DNA of 64,000 nucleotides from positions 7,806 through 71,805 of the forward strand of contig CBDDRQ010000222.1 of NCBI GenBank assembly GCA_965233125.1, written 5' to 3'. Position numbers and translations under genes: made by a program. Positions 1-8,184 of the stretch are shown in pieces (position 1 is the stretch's first letter; the number at the start of each line of letters is the position of its first letter). Source of the stretch: an uncultured bacterium (GTDB taxonomy: Bacteria > Pseudomonadota > Gammaproteobacteria > Burkholderiales > SG8-39). Below the pieces are notes generated by a model. The model was not told where the DNA came from and did no database searches. It saw nothing but the letters and a program-made list of their open reading frames with translations.

Positions 1-1500
1 GCGGATATTTCCCGCCGCTACGACCGCGGCTACGGCCACTTCTCCACGCGCCAGAACCTGCAGCTCAACTGGCCGAAGCTCCACGACGTGCCCGAGATCC
101 TCGCCGAGCTCGCGACCGTGCAGCTGCACGCCATCCAGACCTCCGGCAACTGCATCCGCAACGTCACCACCGACCACTTCGCCGGCGTCGCGCCCGACGA
201 GATCGTCGACTCCTTCGTCTGGTGCGAGCTGATCCGCCAGTGGTCGACCTTCAATCCCGAGTTCAGCTACCTGCCGCGCAAGTTCAAGATCGCGGTCAAC
301 GGCGCCGAGCAGGACCGCGCCGCGGTGGGGGTTCACGACATCGGCCTTCATGCCATCCGGAAAGACAATGAAGTGGGATTCAAGGTGCTGGTCGGCGGGG
401 GCCTTGGCCGCACGCCCATGATCGGCCACGTCATGCGCGAGTTCCTGCCGTGGCGGCACCTGCTCAGCTACCTCGAGGCGATCCTTCGCGTCTACAACCG
501 CCACGGCCGGCGCGATAACATCCACAAGGCGCGCATCAAGATCCTGGTGAAGGAGCGCGGCCCCGAGCGCTTCCGCGAGGAGATCGAGGCCGAGTTCGCG
601 CACCTCGAGAACGGGCCTGCCACGCTCACCGAGGCGAAGGTGCTCCAGGCCGAAAGCCGCTTCACCCGTCCCGCCTACGAGGAAAAGGGGTCAGGACCCT
701 TTTCCGCTATGGCAAGCCTGGAAAAGGGTCCTGACCCCTTTTCGGCGTGGAAGAAGCGCAACGTTCATCCCCACAAAGTCCCCGGCTACGCCGCGGTGAC
801 GCTGTCGCTGAAGAAGACCGGCGTGCCGCCGGGAGACGTGACCTCCGACCAGATGGACGCGATCGCGGACCTCGCCGAGCGCTACTCGTTCGGCGAGCTG
901 CGCGTCACGCACGAGCAGAACCTGGTGCTCGCCGACGTGAAGGCCCGCGACCTGCCGCGGCTGTGGCACGAGGCGCTCGAGCTCGGGCTCGCGACGCCGA
1001 ACATCGGGCTCCTCACCAACATCATCAGCTGCCCGGGCGGGGACTTCTGCGCGCTCGCCAACGCCAAGTCGATCCCGGTGGCGCGGGCGATCCAGGAGAG
1101 GTTCGACGACCTCGACTACCTGCACGACATCGGCGAGCTCGACCTCAACATCTCGGGCTGCATCAACGCCTGCGGCCACCACCACGTCGGCCACATCGGC
1201 ATCCTCGGCGTCGATAAGAACGGCGAGGAGTGGTACCAGGTCGAGGTCGGCGGGAACCAAGGAGGAACCGCCGCATCTCCGCCTTCTTTGGGAAAGATCA
1301 TCGGCCCCTCGGTCGCGCGCGCCGAGGTGCCCAACGTCATCACGAGGCTGATCGAGTGCTACCTCGCCCACCGCGACAGCGAGGCCGAGCGCTTCGTCGA
1401 GGTCGTGCATCGCATCGGAGTCGAACCGTTCAAGGAGCATGTCTATGGCAACCCTCATCAGGGGACGCCGCATCGTCCGCGAGAATCCGTCGCTGCCTGA
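1..1500 (+). CDS. cysI: Assimilatory sulfite/nitrite reductase hemoprotein (siroheme/4Fe-4S), 5' end cut by the window edge
   Basis: Frame 1 is open from nt 1 (ADISRRYDRGYGHFSTRQNLQLNW...). Cys cluster CPGGDFCALA...SGCINACGHHHVGHIGILG is typical of the NiR/SiR family. DUF934 and SUMT genes follow. Confidence 0.8.
   Translation, partial: ADISRRYDRGYGHFSTRQNLQLNWPKLHDVPEILAELATVQLHAIQTSGNCIRNVTTDHFAGVAPDEIVDSFVWCELIRQWSTFNPEFSYLPRKFKIAVNGAEQDRAAVGVHDIGLHAIRKDNEVGFKVLVGGGLGRTPMIGHVMREFLPWRHLLSYLEAILRVYNRHGRRDNIHKARIKILVKERGPERFREEIEAEFAHLENGPATLTEAKVLQAESRFTRPAYEEKGSGPFSAMASLEKGPDPFSAWKKRNVHPHKVPGYAAVTLSLKKTGVPPGDVTSDQMDAIADLAERYSFGELRVTHEQNLVLADVKARDLPRLWHEALELGLATPNIGLLTNIISCPGGDFCALANAKSIPVARAIQERFDDLDYLHDIGELDLNISGCINACGHHHVGHIGILGVDKNGEEWYQVEVGGNQGGTAASPPSLGKIIGPSVARAEVPNVITRLIECYLAHRDSEAERFVEVVHRIGVEPFKEHVYGNPHQGTPHRPRESVAA
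681..743. repeat. REP-like palindromic element (two inverted 24-nt units), inserted in frame inside cysI
   Basis: 682-705 gaaaaggggtcaggacccttttcc is the exact reverse complement of 720-743. Total length 63 nt (21 codons), encoding EEKGSGPFSAMASLEKGPDPFS. Confidence 0.85.
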
Positions 1501-1801
1501 AGGCGACGTCGTGCGACTCGAGCCGGGCGACGACCCGGCCGCGCTTGCCGATCGCCTCGCGCGCGCGCGCCGGGTGGAGGTGAACTTCCCCAAGTTCGCC
1601 GACGGGCGCGGCTACACGCTCGGCCGGCTGCTGCGCGAGCGCCACGGCTACCGCGGCGAGCTGCGCGCGGTGGGGCAGGTCGCGCGCGACAACCTCCACT
1701 TCCTCGAACGCTGCGGCTTCGACACCTTCCTGCTGCGCGACGGCGAGGACCCGCACGAGGCACTGCGGGCGTTCGAAGACTTCAGCGCCGCCTACCAATG
1801 A
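1439..1801 (+). CDS. DUF934-family protein (CysI-linked accessory protein)
   Basis: MATLIRGRRIV...FPKFADGRGYTLGRLLRERHGYRGELRAVGQVARDNLHFLERCGFDTF matches the DUF934 pattern. Classic position downstream of cysI. Start may be 1445. Confidence 0.65.
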   Translation: MSMATLIRGRRIVRENPSLPEGDVVRLEPGDDPAALADRLARARRVEVNFPKFADGRGYTLGRLLRERHGYRGELRAVGQVARDNLHFLERCGFDTFLLRDGEDPHEALRAFEDFSAAYQ

Positions 1802-2568
1802 GCGGCACCGTCCATCTCGTGGGCGCCGGGCCGGGCGCGGCGGACCTCCTCACCCTGCGCGCGGCCCGGCTGCTCGGCGAGGCCGATGTCGTTTTTCATG
1901 ACGCTCTGGTTTCCGAGGAAATACTGAATCTTTCGAAAGGCGAGAAGGTCGCCGTCGGAAAGCGTTGCGGCAAGCACTCGACCGCGCAGCGCTTCATCAA
2001 CAAGCGCCTCGCCGACGCCGCGCGCCGCTACCGCACCGTCGTGCGCCTGAAGGGCGGCGATCCTATGCTGTTTGGCAGAGCAGATGAAGAGATCAGGTAT
2101 TTACACAACCTGGGAATTTCTGTGGAGGTCGTTCCCGGAATCACCGCGGCCTCCGCCGCGAGCGCCGGGCTCGGCGTCTCGCTCACGCGCCGCGGCGTGG
2201 CGCGCAGCGTCACCTTCGCCACCCCCCGCCACGGCGAAGGCGAATCGCCCTCGCAGTGGGCGCGCGCCGCCGCCGCGGCCGACACCGCCGTGCTCTACAT
2301 GGCCGCGGGCGACGCCGAAGCGGTGCGCAAGTGCCTGCTCGAAGAAGGCCTGCATCCCGACACCCCGGTCGCGATCATCGAGAACGCTTCGCTTCCCGGC
2401 CAGAACGTGCTTCCAGGAAAGCTCGCGGAGCTTCCCCAGCTCGCCTCGCAGCGCACCGGCGGTCCGGCGTTGCTCGTGATCGGCGAAGTGCTCCGTAAAT
2501 GGGGACAGACCCCATCGTTCTCATTTGAGCAGTCGGGGGTGCTAAGCGCGCTTGCGTCTTCGGGGTAG
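1798..2568 (+). CDS. cobA: Uroporphyrinogen-III C-methyltransferase (SUMT, siroheme branch)
   Basis: VHLVGAGPGAADLLTLRA...DVVFHDALV...LKGGDPMLFGRADEE...VVPGITAA motifs. ATGA overlap with the DUF934 stop. The last ~24 codons are read from the repeat at 2497-2607. Confidence 0.8.
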   Translation: MSGTVHLVGAGPGAADLLTLRAARLLGEADVVFHDALVSEEILNLSKGEKVAVGKRCGKHSTAQRFINKRLADAARRYRTVVRLKGGDPMLFGRADEEIRYLHNLGISVEVVPGITAASAASAGLGVSLTRRGVARSVTFATPRHGEGESPSQWARAAAAADTAVLYMAAGDAEAVRKCLLEEGLHPDTPVAIIENASLPGQNVLPGKLAELPQLASQRTGGPALLVIGEVLRKWGQTPSFSFEQSGVLSALASSG

Positions 2569-2607
2569 TGACTACCTAAATGAGAATCATGGGGTCTGTC
2601 CCCATTT
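2497..2607. repeat. MITE/REP-like element with 19-nt perfect terminal inverted repeats
   Basis: 2497-2515 aaatggggacagaccccat is the reverse complement of 2589-2607. Sub-terminal ttctcattt/aaatgagaa also pair. Lies between convergent cobA and dsbB, so it probably acts as a bidirectional terminator. Confidence 0.8.
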
Positions 2608-2609
2608 AG

Positions 2610-3179
2610 TTAGCGGTACTTGCCGTCGACCTGGGGGAAGTAGTCGGGCTCGGGCTCGGAGCCGGGGTTGCGGAACATGAGCCAGAGCGCGTAGGCGCCG
2701 AAGGCGAGGAACCAGCCGAGCGACCACTCGGCGATCGACAGGCCGAGGAAGGTCCAGTCCACCACCGCGCACTCGCCGGTGCCCTTGATGAGCTTCTGCA
2801 CGGTGTCGGCGAGCGGGAAGTTCTCGAGCATGAAGAAGAGGTCGGGGCCGCACGCCGGCACTTTCTCGGGCGGCAGGTGCTGCAGCCAGACCTGGCGCCC
2901 CGCGGCCGCCGCGCCGCCGGCGGAGAACACGAGCAGCAGGAGCGAATAGAGGATGGTGCCCGCGCGCCGCGGGCCGTGCAGCGCGCCGACGAGCGCGATG
3001 CCGCCCACGGCGTAGAAGAACCCGCGCTGCACGAGGCAGAGCGGGCAGGGCTGCAGGCCCTGCGCGTACTGCAGGTAGTAGCCGAATCCCAGAAGTGCCG
3101 CGCAGATTCCCGTGACGAGCAGGAACGCCTCCCGGGGCGTGGGCAGCGCGCGGCGGCGCGTAGTTCCAATGGCTTGCAT
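2610..3179 (-). CDS. dsbB: Disulfide bond formation protein B
   Basis: YLQYAQGLQPCPLCLVQR (CxxC in TM1/2 loop) and PACGPDLFF...GECAVVDW second Cys pair, with 4 TM helices. Start taken at the internal ATG 3179 (MQAIGTT); the ORF-track start 3290 is probably upstream read-through. Confidence 0.85.
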   Translation of the reverse strand: MQAIGTTRRRALPTPREAFLLVTGICAALLGFGYYLQYAQGLQPCPLCLVQRGFFYAVGGIALVGALHGPRRAGTILYSLLLLVFSAGGAAAAGRQVWLQHLPPEKVPACGPDLFFMLENFPLADTVQKLIKGTGECAVVDWTFLGLSIAEWSLGWFLAFGAYALWLMFRNPGSEPEPDYFPQVDGKYR

Positions 3180-3237
3180 CCAACGGATTATCGCAGGAGG
3201 CGAGGGGCGCAATGCGCGCCGCCCAAGATCATGACCC

Positions 3238-3639
3238 GTGAAGCGCCTCCTCATCGCAGCCCTTGCCGCCGCCGCCGCGGGGTGCAGCACCGTCGGCCAC
3301 GAGAAGGTCGAGGGCTGGCCCGAGCTGCAGATCCACGAGCACTATGTGTCCGCGGGCGAGATGTACGAGCGCTGCAGCAAGTACGTGGCGTTCGGCATGC
3401 TGCCGATGGCCTGCGCCGAGTTCAACCTCGCGACGAGGCGCTGCGACATCTGGCTCATCGACGGATTCGCGCCGCGCTCGATCGTCGAGCACGAGCGGCT
3501 GCACTGCCAGGGCCACGACCACGTCGGCGAGACCGCGATGCGCGACTTCTTCCTGCGCTACCGGGCCTCCGTCGCGGGTCGGGACCAGGCCGCCGCCGGG
3601 GCCGCCGCGGCGCCGGCGCCCCCCGAGGCTGCGAATTGA
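3238..3639 (+). CDS. Small lipoprotein with HExxH motif (putative Zn-metallopeptidase-like), function unknown
   Basis: GTG start. Signal peptide plus lipobox (LAAAAAGC). HERLH followed by CQGHDH. Confidence 0.5.
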   Translation: MKRLLIAALAAAAAGCSTVGHEKVEGWPELQIHEHYVSAGEMYERCSKYVAFGMLPMACAEFNLATRRCDIWLIDGFAPRSIVEHERLHCQGHDHVGETAMRDFFLRYRASVAGRDQAAAGAAAAPAPPEAAN

Positions 3640-3800
3640 CGTTCAGGAGACTTGTCAGGCTTGGAACGTAAGCCTTTGTGGCGTTTCACCTTGCCGATAT
3701 CCCCCTATTGGGGATGGCTTTCCCCCGAACGGGGCGGTAGGATTAAAACCCATAACAAGCTGTTCACAGGATTGTCGTTCACCGCTTTAGGGGGAAGTCC

Positions 3801-4103
3801 ATGAAAAGAAGCCTCACCATCGCATTCGTAGTGGCAGCCGCCCTTGGCTCGGGCGGCGTACTCGCGCAGGACAAGGCTGCCGCCGCGAAGGCGGCTGCGA
3901 AGTCGACGCAAGTCGCGCAGGCGGGCGGCGCGGCGGCCACCACCGGCGGCGCATCGGCCGGCGCGGCGACCACCACCGCCGTCACGTCGTTCGGTTCCGC
4001 GGTCGTCACCAGCGCGCCGTTCATCGGCATCACCGCCGGCATGAGCGCGGTCGCAAGCTCCGCCAGCGGCGAGACCACGAACGCCGCCGCGACCCAGCAC
4101 TAA
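3801..4103 (+). CDS. Small secreted Ala/Thr/Gly-rich protein, YjbE/GfcA-like
   Basis: RBS ggggga 7 nt upstream. Signal peptide MKRSLTIAFVVAAALGSGGVLAQ. Low-complexity A/T/S/G body like E. coli YjbE. Hairpin terminator follows. Confidence 0.6.
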   Translation: MKRSLTIAFVVAAALGSGGVLAQDKAAAAKAAAKSTQVAQAGGAAATTGGASAGAATTTAVTSFGSAVVTSAPFIGITAGMSAVASSASGETTNAAATQH

Positions 4104-4122
4104 GCAGCAGCTTCTCTGGAGT

Positions 4123-4155
4123 GAAAACGGCCCCGCGAGGGGCCGTTTCTATTTC
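4123..4155. terminator. Bidirectional rho-independent-type hairpin between convergent genes
   Basis: gaaaacggcccc-gcga-ggggccgtttc followed by tatttc. Sits between the 4103 stop (+) and the 4154 stop (-). Confidence 0.75.
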
Positions 4156-4594
4156 AGGTGGACTTCGGCGGATGCACGCATGCGACCGAGCGCATGCCGC
4201 GCTCGTTCAGCCCGCGCGCGATGGTGTCGCAGCCGAGCTTCGCCATCGCCTCGGGGCCGGAGATGGCGACGCGCAATCCCGGAGCGAAGACGAGGTGGTG
4301 GGAGGGAATCTTCTTGCCCTCGCTCAGCGCGAGCTCCAGGCCGTCGAGCTCGCGCTCGCAGCGGGCGAGCACCACCTGGCATTCCTTGCACATCGACTTG
4401 AACGGCGCCACGAAGCGGTCGTTCTTCGCGCCGCAGGCGCGACGCTCGTCGGTGCGGTCGAACACCGCGGTGTACTTGAGCCCCTCGGGCGTCGTCACGT
4501 GCACGACCGGGTAATAGGTCTGCGCGACGACGTGCATGTGGGCGAGAACCGCGCCGGCTGCGATGAGCAGCGCGGCGATGATGACCTGCTTCAC
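4154..4594 (-). CDS. Secreted hypothetical protein (Cys-containing)
   Basis: N-terminal signal-like MKQVIIAALLIAAGAVLAH. GC3-rich codon usage. No family recognised. Confidence 0.5.
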   Translation of the reverse strand: MKQVIIAALLIAAGAVLAHMHVVAQTYYPVVHVTTPEGLKYTAVFDRTDERRACGAKNDRFVAPFKSMCKECQVVLARCERELDGLELALSEGKKIPSHHLVFAPGLRVAISGPEAMAKLGCDTIARGLNERGMRSVACVHPPKST

Positions 4595-4632
4595 TGAGAC
4601 CCCCCTGGACCCCGGAGGGAAATTCTACGAGC

Positions 4633-5319
4633 CTACCAGCAGGGCGTCCATGCCTGGGGCTCGTCCCAGGTCACTTCGCCGCGGCGCAGCTCGACTCCCC
4701 CGACCATGTGAGGCTGCTTCCCCGCGTCGTCCAGGCGCACCGCAACTTTATCCTGCGTCAATTCCACGACCACCCCGCTCACCCAGTCGCGCCCGCCGAT
4801 GCCCACCGGCACCTCCCTGCACACTTTCTGACCGATTCTCGCCACCGCGGCGCGCGCCTCCTCCTCGAACTTCGCGCGCGCGAGCATCATCGGCGTGGCG
4901 CCGCCGGCGATCAGGTCCTTGTCCCAAGGCCCGGAGTAGACGTCGCCCGTCGGCCAGCGGTAGGTGCCCTGGCCGTGGCGGCGGTCGTCCGCGTACTCGC
5001 CCTCGTAGCGCTCCCCCGCCCACGGCCCTCGTCCCCAGGTGTAAGTACCTGCTCCTTCCTTGCGGTCCTCGACGAAACCCCCCGCGTAGCGTTCGCCGTT
5101 GGGCCAGATCTTCACCCCCCGGCCGTGCTTCATTCCCGCCTTGAAATCCCCCTCGTACCGCGCCGTCCCCCGCGCCTCGCCATGCCCCTCCGCGAGCCCG
5201 CCCACGCAAGGCCCCGCGTAGCTCTCCTGCAGCTCCACGTCGAGCACGCGGCAGGTCTGCGCCTGCGCCGAGAACGCAAGAACCAAAAGCCAAATGGGGA
5301 CGTACCCTATTTGTTTCAT
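4633..5319 (-). CDS. MORN-repeat protein with signal peptide
   Basis: Start at internal ATG 5319 (MKQIGYVPIWLLVLAFSAQAQ). Repeated YxGxxxxGxxHGxG units (YEGDFKAGMKHGRG, YAGGFVEDRKEGAG, YEGEYADDRRHGQG). Confidence 0.7.
   Translation of the reverse strand: MKQIGYVPIWLLVLAFSAQAQTCRVLDVELQESYAGPCVGGLAEGHGEARGTARYEGDFKAGMKHGRGVKIWPNGERYAGGFVEDRKEGAGTYTWGRGPWAGERYEGEYADDRRHGQGTYRWPTGDVYSGPWDKDLIAGGATPMMLARAKFEEEARAAVARIGQKVCREVPVGIGGRDWVSGVVVELTQDKVAVRLDDAGKQPHMVGGVELRRGEVTWDEPQAWTPCW
5291..5313. repeat. Degenerate copy of the aaatgggg...ccccattt palindrome family
   Basis: caaatggggacgtaccctatttg resembles 44852-44879. It lies in the first codons of the MORN gene (encodes QIGYVPI). Confidence 0.4.
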
Positions 5320-5321
5320 TT

Positions 5322-8111
5322 TCAGTCCAGCGTCCACGATACCCCCACCGTCCCCGGCCCGATCGCGAGCGCCGGGCCGGTCTTGCCGCGCCGCGACTCG
5401 CGCCGCGCCTCCCACGCGATGTGCCCGAGCGCGTAGCCGAGCAGCGATCCCGCCACGGTATCGGACACCCAGTGCTCGCGGCTGCCCACGCGCGCGGCGT
5501 TGGTGAGCGCGGCGACGCCGTAGAGCCAGGGCATGTCGTACTCCTTCGCGTAGGGCGTCACGGCCGCCCACATCACCGCGGTGTGGCGCGAGGGCATCGA
5601 CTGGAACCGGTCCTGCGAGTTGCCCGGGTCGAAGTCGCCGCGGCCCTCGCCGGAGGTGGGGCGGGATCTTCCCAGGGCGTATTTGAAAACACTGCTTGAA
5701 AGCAATGCCACCCCGCCCGCCTCCAGCGCCGCCACGCCGGCATCCGAGAGCTGCGGCCGCGACTCGTCGAAGGCGAAGATGCCCGAGAGCCCCATCGCGA
5801 CCACCGGCAGCGCGTTCCCCAGCTTCACGCCTCTTTTGACTTTCGAGGAATCTTTTCGCTCGTCAGCTTCCTCGAATCCCTTCCGATCCAGCAGCGCCGA
5901 GCCGGCCAGGATCCCTCCCGCCATGAGCGCGCTCGGCAGCCACTCGACACGCCCCGCGGCGCCGCGCGCGCCGGCGAAGTCCTCGCCGAGGAAGTCCGGC
6001 CACTGCCGGTCGGCGCCCAGGCGCGGCAGCGCGTAGTCGTCGTCGCGATCGCCGAAGCGCTGCAGGCCGTCGGCGCTGTGCATCTGCACCACCGGGCGCT
6101 CGAGCAGGCGCGCGAGGTCCCCGGGCGACACCACCATCTGCCCGACGTCGCGCGTCCAGGGCGAGAGCGTCATGGTGGCGACCGTCTGCGTGTCGTAGGT
6201 GAGCCCCCAGTCGAGCGCGAGCGCGACGAAGATGCCCTTGTCGTAGTACGGGCTCGCGGGCGTGCCGGGGGAGGTGATGTCATCGCCGTTGGTGACGGTG
6301 TACCAGGCACCCGCCTCGTAGCCCGAGGCGAAGCGGCGCTTCACCTCGAAGCGCACGCCCTCGTCCTTCGCGAGGAAGCGCCCGGCGCGCACCGTGCCGG
6401 TCACGCGCTGCGCCATGCGGTAGTTGAGCGAGGCGATCGCGGTCACGGTGGAGTAGTCGCGCGTGCCGAACCAGCCCTCGAAGTCGCGCTGCTTCACCCA
6501 GTCCACCGCGAGGTCGGTCGACCAGCGCCCGCTCGCGGGCAGCCAGAGCACCTGGCCGCCGACGCCGGAGTACATCTCCTCGTAGATGCCCGCCGAGGCG
6601 CGCGCGTAGAGCCGCTCCTGCGGGTGGTAGAGCTGGTTCACGAGCAGCCGCGTCAGCTTGAACTTGCTCGCGCGCTTGTACTCGGCCACGTCGGTGCGCA
6701 CGTGCGGCAGCGTGCTGTTCGAGGGCTGCGTCACGTCGCTCACGTTCTCGATCAGCGAGAGCTTGGTGGTGGCCTGCAGGAAGCGCATCTGCCCGATCGG
6801 GCGCTGGTAGGCGGCGATCGCCGAGAGGTCGTACTTGAACGCCCCGCTCGGGTCGTTGAAGAAGCTCGAGAACCCCGGCGAGAGCCGGAAGCGCCCGCCG
6901 GCGACGTTCTCGCCGCGCAGCGCGATGAAGTCGGGGTCGCGCTCGGCGAGCACGATGTCGTCGGGCAGGGGCTCCTCGAAGGCGATGAGCGCCTCCTCGC
7001 GGTCCTGCTCCTCCCTCGCGCCTTCGGGCTGCGCGTACTCGATCGCCACGTACGGCGCCAGCACCTCGCGCGAGGCCATGCCGTTGAAGTAGCGCTGCAG
7101 CAGCGGCACGTGGATGAAGCTGTAGGTCGCGAGCGGCAGCGTCCCCTGCTTGTAGGTGATGCGGATCTCGCGCGTCTGCAGCGGCGCGAACGAGAGCATG
7201 GTGCGCGCCGCGCGCCCCACCGCGCGCGGCATCGCCGAGATGCGCGTGTTCGTGAGCGACGCCTCGAGGCGCCCGTGGAAGTAGCCCAGGCTGATGTCGC
7301 GGAAGTCCTGCGCCTGCAGCGCCCGCGCGAGGCGCAGCCGGTGGCTCTCGTCCTCCTGCCACTGCGCCTCGGTCGGGCGCGGGTTGATCTTCGTGTAGGG
7401 CGCCGGCTCGTGGAGGAGCGGCACCAGGCGCGGGCGCTCGAGGGGCAGCACCACGTAGGCGTTGAACCCCACCTCGCCGTGCGCGGCGAAGGTCTTCGCC
7501 CCCCAGAGGTCGCTCCTGTACTCGATCCCGACCGCGCCCCCCTTGTCGTAGCTCGCCGCGCCCGAGAGCTGCGCCTGGTGGTCGTTCTTGTAGTCGAAGG
7601 CGTCGTACTCCGCGACCAGGCCCCACTTCGGCAGGCTCGCCGGCGACCAGCGCACGCCGCCGAAGGGCCCGTCGATCCTTTCTTTTCCAAACCCCAAAGT
7701 GAAGTCCCATTCGCCGAATCTCTTCGAAGCCACCGCGTACTGCGACGCGAACAGCCCCGTCCCCCCGCCCACGTCCTGCGCGCCCACGGCGATCTGCGGC
7801 CACCAGCCCCGCTCGGGGAGGAGCCGCACCTTCGCGTCGAAGGCCTTGTCGCGGTAGTCGCCGTACTGGTCTGCCGGCGCGCCCTCAGACGTGAAGCCCG
7901 TCGGAAAGGCCTTTACGTGATAGATGCGCGTGAAGCGGAACGAAGCCTCGAGCCAGGGGAAGGCGGTCACGCTCGACCAGATGGGCTGGTAGGGTCGCAG
8001 GAAGCCGATGCCCGTGCGCCAGCTCCCTTCTTCCGCGAAGCGCGCGTCGGGCATGCTGACGAGGCCGGCCTGGCCGGTGATGCTGGGCTCGCTCGCCGCC
8101 GCCGGCAGCAC
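5322..8111 (-). CDS. YjbH-family exopolysaccharide outer-membrane protein fused to a C-terminal PAP2 phosphatase domain
   Basis: N-terminal GQAGLVSMPDARFAEEGSWRTGIGFLRPY...WLEASFRFTRI is YjbH/GfcD-like. The C-terminus has PAP2 motifs (KYALGRSRP...PSRHT...SREHWVSD). GTG start; no clear signal peptide with this start. Confidence 0.7.
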   Translation of the reverse strand: MLPAAASEPSITGQAGLVSMPDARFAEEGSWRTGIGFLRPYQPIWSSVTAFPWLEASFRFTRIYHVKAFPTGFTSEGAPADQYGDYRDKAFDAKVRLLPERGWWPQIAVGAQDVGGGTGLFASQYAVASKRFGEWDFTLGFGKERIDGPFGGVRWSPASLPKWGLVAEYDAFDYKNDHQAQLSGAASYDKGGAVGIEYRSDLWGAKTFAAHGEVGFNAYVVLPLERPRLVPLLHEPAPYTKINPRPTEAQWQEDESHRLRLARALQAQDFRDISLGYFHGRLEASLTNTRISAMPRAVGRAARTMLSFAPLQTREIRITYKQGTLPLATYSFIHVPLLQRYFNGMASREVLAPYVAIEYAQPEGAREEQDREEALIAFEEPLPDDIVLAERDPDFIALRGENVAGGRFRLSPGFSSFFNDPSGAFKYDLSAIAAYQRPIGQMRFLQATTKLSLIENVSDVTQPSNSTLPHVRTDVAEYKRASKFKLTRLLVNQLYHPQERLYARASAGIYEEMYSGVGGQVLWLPASGRWSTDLAVDWVKQRDFEGWFGTRDYSTVTAIASLNYRMAQRVTGTVRAGRFLAKDEGVRFEVKRRFASGYEAGAWYTVTNGDDITSPGTPASPYYDKGIFVALALDWGLTYDTQTVATMTLSPWTRDVGQMVVSPGDLARLLERPVVQMHSADGLQRFGDRDDDYALPRLGADRQWPDFLGEDFAGARGAAGRVEWLPSALMAGGILAGSALLDRKGFEEADERKDSSKVKRGVKLGNALPVVAMGLSGIFAFDESRPQLSDAGVAALEAGGVALLSSSVFKYALGRSRPTSGEGRGDFDPGNSQDRFQSMPSRHTAVMWAAVTPYAKEYDMPWLYGVAALTNAARVGSREHWVSDTVAGSLLGYALGHIAWEARRESRRGKTGPALAIGPGTVGVSWTLD

Positions 8112-8139
8112 GGCGGCGGCCAGCGCGAACAGGAAACAG

Positions 8140-8161
8140 AAAGGCCCCTTGCGGGGCCTTT
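8140..8161 (-). terminator. Hairpin terminator for the FecR-domain gene
   Basis: aaaggcccc-ttgc-ggggccttt. On the minus strand it is followed by tctgtttcc. Located 24 nt after the 8185 stop. Confidence 0.6.
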
Positions 8162-8184
8162 GCCGGGTTGAAGGGCTGCCGGGG

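Noticed and set aside
3733-3740. GGCGGTAG, the core of the RfaH-dependent ops/JUMPstart element, upstream of the YjbE-like gene.
   Set aside because: An 8-mer is expected by chance about once or more in 128 kb of GC-rich two-strand sequence. No extended JUMPstart context is present, and none was found upstream of the main polysaccharide operon (33878-34016).
6078-8171. Long antisense or alternative-frame ORFs across the window (6078-8171, 6280-7803, 8746-10260, 8969-10378, 39508-40629, 40515-41942, 41909-43729, 45795-47462, 49401-51158, 51670-54027, 52112-53908, 56238-58394, 56357-58423 and similar).
   Set aside because: All overlap motif-supported genes on the other strand or frame. All show the R/A/G/P-dominated composition expected from stop-codon-poor high-GC sequence.
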